Positions 10,831-21,489 of a DNA stretch of 57,271 nucleotides are shown piece after piece. The stretch's first letter is position 1; every line of letters begins with the position of its first letter. A program made the position numbers and the translations under genes. The stretch lies in assembly GCF_001194135.2 (NCBI RefSeq), contig NC_068985.1, positions 84,807,711 through 84,864,981 of the forward strand. Direction: 5' to 3'. The DNA comes from Octopus bimaculoides. Lineage: Eukaryota. The notes beneath the pieces were generated by a model. It did no database searches and had not been told where the DNA came from. It saw only the letters and a list, made by a program, of their open reading frames with translations.

Positions 10831-11517
10831 ACCGGTCAAGTGGGGAGAGAAGAGAGAGAGGTAGAGGCAGAGAGATAGAAGAATTAAGGAGGGGTGAGAA
10901 AAAAATGAAAGGGACACAGTAAAGTGAAAGAGGAGGAAAAGGAAGCATGAAGAGAAGGCCAGGAAATGTGAGAGAGGGGGAACGAAAGAATGAAGAGTGG
11001 AATGAACGAAGTGTGAAAGGGCTGATAGAAAGAAGAAAAGAATGGCAGAATACAAAGAATAATAGTCATACAAAATTTAGATATATATATATACTTACAT
11101 ATAAGAGACCAAAGTGTACGTGCGCTACTATACTTTATATATAAAAAATACAAAAATGGGATAAGAATGCAAAACATCCAGACAGACTATACAAAGAAAA
11201 CAAGGACGGATCATTCGGAGTTTTCTATCCTCAGTTGAGTTCCAGATTATCTTTGCAATTGGATTATAACTGGATTATAACTGAGTGCTCATATGGTACC
11301 CACTCAGATACTTTATCCCAATCTATAATCCACTCAGATACTTTATCCCAAGCTATATCCACGTTATGGCTAACCACATTTAGTTGTAAGGAGCACCTAG
11401 GATTACTTAAGATAAGCAATCCCAATGGATAAATCCTGGGTTTGCTGCTCTGGATTATAAACATTTTACTGAGTATATATCCAAGACAACTACAATGGAA
11501 TATGGAGATTAATACAT

Positions 11518-11833
11518 CTGCACATGTTTTATCTTTACGGTCAATCATACAGCATATTTGATTTAAATGTGTCCAACGTACATTTCTGCTGCATAGACAT
11601 CTCGTAATTGCATTTGCATCCATTTACTTTCGACTGATAAAGTCTATGCAGCTTTATTCAAGGTCCCCCCACTGACGTGGTCTGAAGCAAGCAAAGTTGT
11701 ATGGACTAATTACCAGGCTATAGTAACTGGATACAAATATGATTGCAAGATATGTATGTGGCAGAAATGTGCATCGGACACATTTAAATCAAATATGCTG
11801 TATAACTGACTGTAAAAATAAAGAAATATGCAG
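11518..11833. repeat. Fold-back element with ~72-bp imperfect inverted arms (MITE-like)
   Basis: 11518-11590 is the reverse complement of 11761-11833 at roughly 85% identity, with an exact shared core GGACACATTTAAATCAAATATGCTGTAT. Confidence 0.75.
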
Positions 11834-12159
11834 GGGTGCTCCAGCATGGCTGCAGTCAAATGACTGACACAAATAAAAGAATAGAAGAATGTATTAATCT
11901 CGGTATTCTTTGTAATTGTTTGTGTGTGTGTGTGTGTGTGTGTGAAGGAAGAAGAAGTTTTCATCAGGATGACTCGAGTCTTTGCTCAATATGATGTTCC
12001 AACAGCTGGGATATCTCAGAAACAGCTGGTTAAAACTTTTTTTTTTACCATCCATTATGTAGCTTTAATTAAATTAAATTAAATGTCCTTGTCAAGTCTT
12101 ACCTAATTATTTGCCTTTCTTCACTACTTTAACACACACACACACAAACACACACACAG

Positions 12160-12203
<44 letters not shown>

Positions 12204-12799
12204 TGTATATATGTATATATACTGTATATATAAATGCCTGTGTGTATGTGAGTGGGTATGTATATATTTGTTTGTATATATATATATTTGCATATATAAA
12301 ATGAGTAGTGTAAGATGTGGATACAGAGAACCATATGGCTATCCCAGAAATCTCCTCTTATGGGCTTGGCTATCAGTCCACACAGTAATCAATTACAAAG
12401 AATTGTAATGCAGAATGTGCATGTAATTGAAAATCCAGAAGATCTGATCAATAAAATTAGAACATGAGGAGTATATAGCACCATGAAGTCAGGAGTTATG
12501 AGCAGTAAATATATATTTAATTAACCACATGACCTCCATAGGATTAAGGCTGTTTTGCAACCTATTAGTTTCAGCATGCAAGAAATTATGTGTACATGTT
12601 TATGCTCAGTATTATACAGTACAACTGTACATTCACAAATTAATGCAAATAAAGAAAGCTAGCTCATCAGATGACTGGAACATCATGGCTGCACCAACAG
12701 TTCATGTTCAAACATGTATGCATAATTTCTCTCATGCTGAAGTTAATACTACATGAAGAAGATTGAGAAATGGTTGTAATCCTATGGAAATCACATGAT

Positions 12800-13060
12800 T
12801 GAATGAATATACATTCACTTCTCATGTCTCCTGACTTTAGGGGTTTATCTATGTCCGTGTGTTCCATACGTCTTACACTCGTGGACATGCTTAAAAAATC
12901 AAAGAACAACACAACACATGACTTACAGAAACATTTTTTAACACTCAGAATTGTTGAAGCAGGACATAAACTACCTGCGCCAGTTGTTATTTGTCAAGAC
13001 ACTACATCCTTCAAAACTTCCATCCTTCCTGAAATTTGCCAACTATACACTTGATGGCCC
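12800..13060 (+). mobile_element. Old CR1-group LINE 3' remnant
   Basis: HDLQKHFLTLRIVEAGHKLPAPVV...TSFK resembles the CR1 terminal FFS.RVV..WN.LP..VV...SFK motif. Confidence 0.6.
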
Positions 13061-13200
13061 CACCCCTATTTCATCAGCCTTTTTTTTTAGTGACTTTTTC
13101 ACTGTTCACTTCCTGTGCATATTCTAGTTACTGTTCATGCAATTTTGGTTACTTTTTCTGATGAATTGTAGTGCACCTGATCTCTGTATACAATAAGGTC

Positions 13201-13690
13201 ATTATGATTATTATTATTTGATGAAAACTCACAGCTTATTTTGCTAGGTATGAAGGAAAGTGTCATCTGTCCACAGCAGGTAGACTAAGGGAACACTTGT
13301 TTCCTGGTCATGCTTCAAGAACCCTGTGAAAAATTCTTGCAGTTCCAAGCAATGCTGATTTTTGTAGGTGTTCTATCTTTACATTTGCACCAATCTTTTT
13401 GAGCCATGTTGGTAGTTGAGTGCTGATACTTCTAAACGCGCCAATTACCATTAGTACAATACCTATTCTCCTCATTGACCACAACCTTCGTATTTCCCAC
13501 TTCAAATCATCGTAGTTGTTCAGTTTTTCTTCTTTCTCTTTGATCCTGTCGTCACCAGGACATGCTATGTCGATTATCATTCATGTTCTTTCTTTTTTAT
13601 TCACCACAACAATGTATGGTTTCTGATGCCAAGTCAGGTGAAAGCACCAAATCATTGCATTCCACAGGATTTTGCTATCTTCACTCACGG
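13201..13690 (-). mobile_element. R4/Dong-like non-LTR retrotransposon 3' fragment (restriction-like endonuclease domain, dead)
   Basis: KILWNAMI...HQKPYIVVVNKKERT*MIIDIACPGDDRIKEKEEKLNNYDDLKWEIRRLW...VIGA...LQKSALLGTARI is a PD..D RLE domain with the catalytic D mutated and an in-frame stop. It has a short 3' UTR and TAA-like tracts on both sides. Confidence 0.8.
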
Positions 13691-13760
13691 TTATTAATAT
13701 TATTATTATTATCATTATTATTATATGTTTATATATATATATGTGTGTGTATATATATGC

Positions 13761-13816
<56 letters not shown>

Positions 13817-13999
13817 CAAGGACAGAAGATATCAGGCTTTAATAGTAGATCATGACTTTTGTTTCTGCACCAAACACCAGCTTTGAGTTGCTGAGTTTAT
13901 ATTTATATACCATTATACAAGCTTATTTACGAAGTAGTTGATGAAATGTGGCAATGGGTTAGAAGAAAAGAAATAAAATGAAGTAAAACTTAGCAGGAG

Positions 14000-14275
14000 A
14001 TTATTGGCTCTCCATGCCGGTGGCATGTAAAAAGCACCATCCGAGCGTGGTTGATGCCAGTGCCGCCTGGCTGGCTCCCATGCTGGTGGAACATAAAAAG
14101 CACCCACTACACTCTCAGAGGGGTTAGTGTTAGGAAGGGGATCCAGCTGTAGAAACCTTGTCAGATCAGATTGGAGCCTGGTGCAGCCTACTGGCTTACC
14201 AGTCCTCAGTCAAACTGTCCAACCCATGCCAGCATGGAAAACAGACGTTAAACTATGATGAGGATGATGATGATA
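14000..14275 (+). mobile_element. RTE 3' UTR-derived fragment with (GAT)n tail
   Basis: Matches 20400-20677 and ends CCATGCCAGCATGGAAAACAGACGTTAAAC-GATGA repeats. Confidence 0.85.
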
Positions 14276-14280
14276 TATGT

Positions 14281-14500
14281 CTGGCAGAATCGTTAGCACA
14301 TTGGACAAAATGCTTAGCAGTCTTTTGTCTGCCATTATGTTCTGAGTTCAAATTCCACCGAGGTCGACTTTGCCTTTCATCCTTTCAGGGTCGATTAAAT
14401 AAGTACCAGTTATGCACTGCGATTAATGTAATCGACTATATCCTTTTCTCTGTCCTTATTTGCCCCCTCTATGTTTAGCCCCCTGTGAGTAATAAAGAAA
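14281..14500 (+). mobile_element. Nin/Deu-domain SINE with an alternative 3' tail
   Basis: Core GCCTTTCATCCTTTCAGGGTCGATTAAATAAGTACCAG. The tail TTGCCCCCTCTATGTTTAGCCCCCTGTGAGTAATAAAGAAAT differs from the other copies. Confidence 0.8.
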
Positions 14501-14530
14501 TATATATATATATGTGTGTGTGTATATATA

Positions 14531-14869
14531 TTGTTGTTGGCACTCCGTCGCTTACGACATCGAGGGTTCCAGTTGATCCATTGAACAGCCTGCTCATGAA
14601 ATTAATGTGCAAGTGGCTGAGCACTCCACAGGCACAAGTATCCTTAACGTAGTTCTCGGGGATATTCAGCGTGACACAGTATGACAAGGCTGACCCTTTG
14701 AATTACAGGCACAACAGAAACAGGAAGAAAAAGTGAGAGAAAGTTGTGGTGGAAGAGTACAGCAGGGTTCGCCACCATCCCCTGCCGGAGCCTCGTGGAG
14801 CTTTAGGTGTTTGCGCTCAATAAACACTCACAACGCCCGGTCTGGGAATTGAAACCGCGATCCTATGAC
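14531..14869 (-). mobile_element. tRNA-headed SINE (third family) with (CAA)n-like tail, 5' cut by gap
   Basis: The minus strand starts GTCATAGGATCGCGGTTTCAATTCCCAGACCGGGCG (B-box-like) and ends in CCAACAACAA. Confidence 0.6.
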
Positions 14870-15042
14870 NNNNNNNNNNNNNNNNNNNNNNNNNNNNNNN
14901 NNNNNNNNNNNNNNNNNNNNNNNNNNNNNNNNNNNNNNNNNNNNNNNNNNNNNNNNNNNNNNNNNNNNNNNNNNNNNNNNNNNNNNNNNNNNNNNNNNNN
15001 NNNNNNNNNNNNNNNNNNNNTATATATTTCTATATATATATA

Positions 15043-15152
15043 TATTCGTTTATATTTATATAATGGGCATTACTACCGAAAAATAATGCCACACACTGGA
15101 CTTCTCAAAATTTTTTCGGTAGTAATGCCCATTATATAAATATAAACGAATA
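15043..15152. repeat. Perfect 41-bp inverted repeat with 28-nt loop
   Basis: 15043-15083 is the exact reverse complement of 15112-15152. Confidence 0.9.
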
Positions 15153-15259
15153 ATTATATTCTTGGGAATAGAAATTTCCCTTATGAATTTTTTTACACAC
15201 TGGCTTCTTGATAATATTCTTGTAAAAGAGTTTTATCCCTTTTTGAATTTATTAATCAA

Positions 15260-15300
<41 letters not shown>

Positions 15301-15364
15301 TACACACACACATGTGGAGGCACATGGCTTAGTGGTTAGGGTGTTCAGCTCATGATCATAAGGC

Positions 15365-15590
15365 ATTTTACCTTTTACCTGTTTCAGTCATTGAACTGCG
15401 TCCATGCTGGAGCACTGCCTTGAAGAGTTTAGTCGAACAAATCAACCCCAGTATTTATTTTTTTCTTAAGCTTGGTACTTATTCTGCCAGTCTCTTTTGC
15501 TGAACTGCTAAGTTACAAGGTCATAAGAAACCAACACTGGTTCTCAAGTGTTGGGAGGGGTGGGATGAGCACAAATGCAAACACACACAT
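15365..15590 (-). mobile_element. Major SINE 3' half
   Basis: TTTCAGTCATTGAACTGCGTCCATGCTGGAGCACTGCC is the reverse complement of the SINE tail. Confidence 0.75.
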
Positions 15591-15966
15591 GCACACACAC
15601 GTATATATAGTCCTCAGATGAAATCCAAAGATTCTCAGTATAGAAGACACTAAGTGGTGCTCAAGCGATTCAAACTTAGACATATTTCTTCCTCCCCTTC
15701 AATTCTCTCTGTCATTTGTATAAGTTGGATCTATTAAAATAAATATCTCTACATTTATACTTAAATATTCGCCCTATGCCCCATACAGAGTAATGTGGTC
15801 TAACCATTCTGTCTGATACTCTTATGGCTTCACCAACTCATGGTCAATGTCCTTCCCTTTTACATGTAGCTACAATGTGATTTGACTATTTGAGATTTGG
15901 CTATTTTTAGCATTCTCTGAATCTTGTTTTGACTTCTCTCTCTCTCTCTCCCCCCTCTCTCTCTCT

Positions 15967-16016
<50 letters not shown>

Positions 16017-17039
16017 ATCTATCTATCTATCTATCTATCTATATATATCTCAATATGTATTTTCCTCAAATCACATAGTAGCTGCATGAAAATTGGCTGT
16101 TATTTTTAGAGATCAAGTTATCTCATAGAGTCTCCCACAGACGCTTTTATTGTATTTGTTATTGTTAACCTGTGCTGCTGCTGCTGCTGCTGCTGTTGTT
16201 GTTGTTGTTGTTACTATTCGTATTTGTTGATGATGTCATTGTTGTGACTGTTATTGTTACTGTTACTTGATGCTGATGTTGTAGTCATTGTTATTGTTTT
16301 TATTATCATTGTCAGTGCCATTACAGTTGTCGTAATCGTTATGAAACTTCGAAAGATGCAAAGCTTAGAAACTGGGGAGGAAGGGGAGGGGGTTACAAAA
16401 AAAAAACACAGAAAAATAAAGATGAAACAAAAACATCTAATAATTACCTCTAATTAAGTACTGTGATTGTAAACATAGTATGTAAACTAGTCACTAGACT
16501 AATTAAGCAAAAACAAAAAAAAACAAAAACAAAACAAAACAGAAAAAAAACATGTACAAAAATTGTACTTAATTTCAGACTCTTACAATTTTTTACGTGT
16601 ATTTACATACATTTTTTTTTTAATGTTTTCTCAAGTCTTTTCAAAGATTTTTTGGTCTTTGGGGTTGGGATGGCAGTTCTTCTGCCCAGTTCCATTGACA
16701 AAACCCAAACCTACCAACCCACCTCACCACTTTCCCTACCAGTGTCGTGGACATAATGTTTTTTTTTTTCTCTAAAGAATGTATTCTGGTTCCTATTATT
16801 TATTATTTTTGTCATTGTTTGTGTCGTCATCGTTGTTGTTGTTTTTATCATTTTGTTCTTTTTATTTCCACATTATATTACAATGAAAGAAAGCATTTTT
16901 TTAATGTTTTTATTTTATTTTCAATTATTCATCATCATCATCATTAGCATTATTATTATCATTATTGTTATTATTTTAGTTGTTAAAACAACAGAAAAGA
17001 CAAGAATTTGACTATTTGTAACAGTCTCTGAATATTGTT

Positions 17040-17949
17040 TTGACTCCCCCCCTCTCTCTCTCTCTTAATATATATATCCCCCTCCCACTGAATATATCCA
17101 TTCTCTCTAACTATATCCCCCCTCTCTCTCTCTTTCTCCATATATCCTCCTTCTCTCTCACACACACAATTTATCCTCCCTTTCTCTCTCTCAATATATC
17201 CTCTCTCTCTCCTTCAATATCCCCCCTCTCTCTCTCTCCCTCAAAATATCCTTTCTCTCTTTCACTGTCTCTCAAAATATCCTCCCTCCCTCTCTCTCTC
17301 TCCTTCAGTATACTCTCTCTCTTCCTCTCCCTCAATATCCCCCTCTCTCTCTCCCTCAAAATATCCTTTCTCTCTTTCTCTGTCTCTCAAAATATCTTCC
17401 CTCTCCATCTCTCTCTGTCCTTCAATATACCCTCTCTCTTTCTCTCCCTCAATATATCTTCTCTCTCCTTCAATATCCCCCTCTCTCTCTCCCTCAAAAT
17501 ATTCTTTCTCTCTTTCTCTAACACTCAAAATATCCTCTCTCTCACTCTCTCTTTCAGTATTTCCTCTCTCTCCGTTAAAATAACCGTTCTCTTTTTCTCT
17601 CTCTCTCTTTCAATATATCCACTCTCTCCCTCTCACTCTCTTAAAATAACCATTCTCTTTTTCTTTCTCTCTCAAAATATCCTCTCTCTCTTTCTCCCCT
17701 TCAGTATACCTCCTCTCTCTCATTCCCTCTCTCTCTCCCTCAAAATATCCTTTCCTTTTTTCTCTATCTCTCAAAATATCCTCCCTCCCTCAGTATATCC
17801 TCTCTTTTTCTTCAATATATCCTCTCCCCCCTTCAGTAGTATATCCTCCGCCTCTCCCCAACAATTCTCACTCCCTCAATATATCCTTTCCCTCTCTCTC
17901 TCTGTCTCCCTCAATATATCCTCTTGCTTTCCGTCATTCAATATATCCC

Positions 17950-17988
<39 letters not shown>

Positions 17989-17990
17989 AC
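17040..17990. repeat. Pyrimidine-rich higher-order minisatellite
   Basis: About 28-30-bp CT-rich subunits punctuated by AATAT/AAAATAT/AGTAT, grouped into ~118-140-bp units (starts at 17216, 17334, 17472). Confidence 0.85.
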
Positions 17991-18487
17991 TCACACACAT
18001 ACACTCTCTTTTCCATTCCCCATCTTAGTAAGAGAGAGAGAGAGAGAGCTACAGTGCTAAACTGTGTGTATGTCTATGTTTCTGAACGTGTGTAGGGGTG
18101 AAATGAGTGTTGGGCAGAGTATCTCTTGAACTTTTGAAATATAACTTGACTTCTTCCTAACAATTCCTTCCCAAAGTGTTTTTTCCTTTGATTCTTCTTT
18201 TGGTGTGACAGTGGGNNNNNNNNNNNNNNNNNNNNNNNNNNNNNNNNNNNNNNNNNNNNNNNNNNNNNNNNNNNNNNNNNNNNNNNNNNNNNNNNNNNNN
18301 NNNNNNNNNNNNACCACCACCACCACCATCACTGCCACCACGACCACCACTACTGATTGAAATAAAAAAATATATATAAAAATCAAGTAAATATGCAAAA
18401 ACAATTGAAAGTGAGGGACAGTGGAATGAGGAGATGGTCGTCATGAAAATATAAAAAAATCCCCTTGCATATAAACATACATATATC

Positions 18488-18520
<33 letters not shown>

Positions 18521-18602
18521 TTATTCGTAGATACATCATACATCAATACATACACACACTTGTACATATATACATATATACATACATACATACGTGAATA
18601 CA

Positions 18603-18633
<31 letters not shown>

Positions 18634-19033
18634 GTGAATACATACATATATACGTACATACACAGACTCACATATATAGATACATGCATGCACTCATACA
18701 TACACACATATACAGACCTCCCCTACACACATACTGTATCTACTCAGAAAATTACTAATTTCATAATTTCAAGCTTAAAACAGATCAGGGGTATTTTGTT
18801 ATTGCTGTCGTGGTGGTGGTTGTTGTCCTCCTCCATTGTTTATCTGAATGTAAGGAGTTTTTTTGATATTTTTTCTTTTTGGTCTAATTAATACTTTATT
18901 TATAGTGTATTTATTTATTCATTTATTTATTGTGGCTATGTGTGAATTTTTTCGAAGACATACACACAGCAATAATCTAAATGCCTTGCACCGCTGTGTT
19001 CAAATCTTGTTTGGGATATATAAATTAAGCATC

Positions 19034-19199
19034 AGGTGCAGAAGTGGCTGTGTGGTAAGTAACTTGCTTATGAACCACATGGTTCCGGGTTCAGTCTTAC
19101 TGCATGGCACCTTGGGCAAGTGTCTTCTACTATAGCCTCTAGCCGACCAAAGCCTTGTGAGTGGATTTGGTAGACAGAAACTGAAGGAAGCCCGTCGTA

Positions 19200-19258
<59 letters not shown>

Positions 19259-19483
19259 TTGTGTCTATATGTTTGTGTGTCTGTGCTTGTCTCCCCAACA
19301 TCGCTTGACAACTGATGCTGTTGTGTTTACGTCCCCCATAACTTAGCGGTTCGGCAAAAGAGACCGATAGAATAAGTACTAGGTTTACAAAGAATAATTC
19401 CTGGGGTCGATTTGCTCGACTAAAAGGCGGTGCTCCAGCATGGCCACAGTCAAATAACTGAAACAAGTAAAAGAGTAAAAGAG
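19034..19483 (+). mobile_element. Major SINE, full-length reference copy
   Basis: tRNA-like head, core CACCTTGGGCAAGTG, internal (TA)n, and tail GGCGGTGCTCCAGCATGGCCACAGTCAAATAACTGAAACAAGTAAAAGAGTAAAAGAG. Confidence 0.9.
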
Positions 19484-19556
19484 GTGCAAGTATGGTCATG
19501 TGGTTAAGAAGTGTACTCCCCAACTATATCGTCCCTGGTTCAATCCCACTACATGA

Positions 19557-19775
19557 TATCATCATCATCATCCCTTTATAATTTGTTTTCCACGCTGGCA
19601 TGGATTGGGTGGTTTGACCAGAGCTTACAAGTCAGAGAGCTGTACCAGGTTCCAGTCTGATCTGGCTTAGTTTCTATAGCTGGATGACCTTCCTAACACC
19701 AACCACTTTACAGTGTGTACTAAGAGCTTTTAACATGGCACCAGCACAAGTGATTTTTATGTGACACTGGCACTA
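19557..19775 (-). mobile_element. Diverged RTE 3' UTR-derived fragment
   Basis: (ATC)n followed by CCACGCTGGCATGG...GTTTCTATAGCTGGATGACCTTCCTAACACCAACC, the reverse complement of the RTE 3' UTR. Confidence 0.7.
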
Positions 19776-19959
19776 GACCCTTGTAGGCCAATCCTTTTCA
19801 CCAGGAGATGTGGGCCTTAACATTTCTGCTGTGAAGGACACACCACACACACACACACACACACTCACACACACATACATACATACACATATATATATAC
19901 ACACACACACTCACTCACACACATATGCGGTATATATATATATATATATATATATATAC

Positions 19960-20679
19960 TCTTTTACTCTTTTACTTGTTTCAGTCTTTTTGACTGTGGC
20001 CATGCTGGAGCACCACCATTTAGTCGAGCAAATCGACCCCAGGACTTATTCTTTGGAAGCCTAGTGCTTATTCTATTGGCCTCTTTTGCCGAACCGCTAA
20101 GTTACGGGGACGTAAACACACCTGCATCAGTTGTAAAGCCATGTTGGGGTGATAAACACAGACACACAAACACATACACGCATACATATATATATAAGAC
20201 CTTCGTACATTGGGCCTCACCAAGGCGATGACTACTGACCGAGACCTTTGGAAATGTGCTGTGCGTGAGAAGACCCGGCAAGCCAAGTAAGATCGTTGCC
20301 AGTGCCCCTGGACTGGCTCTTGTGCGGGTGGCACATGAGATGCACCATTTTGAGTGTGGCCGTTGCCAGTACCGCCTGACTGGCTCCCGTAGGATTTTCG
20401 AGTGAGATCGTTGCCAGTGCCCCTGGACTGGCTTGTGCGGGTGGCACATAAAAGACACCATTTCGAGCGTGGCTGTTTTCGTGTGGGTGACACGTAAAAG
20501 CACCCACTACACTCTCTGAGTGGTTGGCGTTAGGAAGGGCATCCAGCTGTAGAAACTCTGCCAAATTAGATTGGAGCCTGGTGTTGCCATCCGGTTTCAC
20601 CAGTCCTCAGTCAAATCGTCCAACCCATGCTAGCATGGAAAGCGGACGTTAAACGATGATGATGATGATGATGATGATA

Positions 20680-20728
<49 letters not shown>

Positions 20729-20890
20729 ACATATATATGACGGGCTTCTTTCAGTTTCCGTCTACCAAATCCACTCACAAGGCTTTGGTCAGCCCGAGGC
20801 TATAGTAGAAGACACTTGCCCAAGGTGCCATGCAAGGTGGGACTGAATCCGGAACCATGTAATTGGTAAGCAAGCTACTTACCACACAGC
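19960..20890 (-). mobile_element. Major SINE split by a nested RTE insertion
   Basis: The 3' half (19960-20190) and 5' half (20739-20890) are both on the minus strand, separated by the RTE at 20198-20677 inside the TA tract. Confidence 0.85.
20198..20677 (+). mobile_element. 5'-truncated young RTE LINE (ORF end, modular 3' UTR, (GAT)n tail)
   Basis: DLRTLGLTKAMTTDRDLWKCAVREKTRQAK*, then the repeated hairpin modules and CCATGCTAGCATGGAAAGCGGACGTTAAAC(GAT)n. Confidence 0.92.
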
Positions 20891-20949
20891 CATGGCATAC
20901 ATACATATGTGTGTGTATGTATGTATGTATGTATGTATGCATGTATATG

Positions 20950-21177
20950 TTAGTGTTATTTTGTCCTTGCTTTGTCTTCATGTGATAGTTATAGACATAG
21001 AGAGATGTCAAGCAAGCCATGTCCTTCATTTCCAGTCTTCTATGAAACCAATATCTGGTCATGGGGAATATTACTCTACTTGGCAACTGGAAGGCTGTCC
21101 AGTCATAGAAAATATGCTTCAATAAATTCCGTCCAACCCATACCAGCGTGGAAAAGTGGACATTAAAATGATGATGG
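20950..21177 (+). mobile_element. Non-autonomous retroelement with RTE-type 3' tail
   Basis: The body is homologous to 23960-24160 (+) and 55200-55410 (-). The tail GTCCAACCCATACCAGCGTGGAAAAGTGGACATTAAAATGATGATG matches the RTE tail. Confidence 0.7.
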
Positions 21178-21489
21178 TAATTAACTCTTTCACTGCACAG
21201 CCTACTCCAGAGTAGACAACTTGTTGTTTTTATATGTGACGAAAATTTTATGCAAACATACTGAATAGTTTTTGTCTCGCAGGCATTAAAAGACATCACA
21301 CTTAAGATTTATTACACAAAAATTACTGAAACCATAATCTAAAGTGGTGGGGGTTATACACCACCAAAAGTATATTAAAAAGAGTTTAACATGCATATGC
21401 TACATTTCAGTCAATCATATTTCTCTCTTTTAACAATTGCCATAGAATTAAATACTTTAGTTTTGTTCTTTCAAATTCTGAGTGCAGAT

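Noticed and set aside
17040-18095. 351-aa Leu/Ser-rich ORF
   Set aside because: Stops are absent because the strand is CT-rich and nearly lacks G. It is a minisatellite translation.
20291-20510. CRISPR-like repeat/spacer appearance of the RTE 3' UTR modules and of the 27-bp array at 21490-22010
   Set aside because: There are no unique spacers between identical repeats and no cas genes. The context is eukaryotic retroelement or minisatellite.
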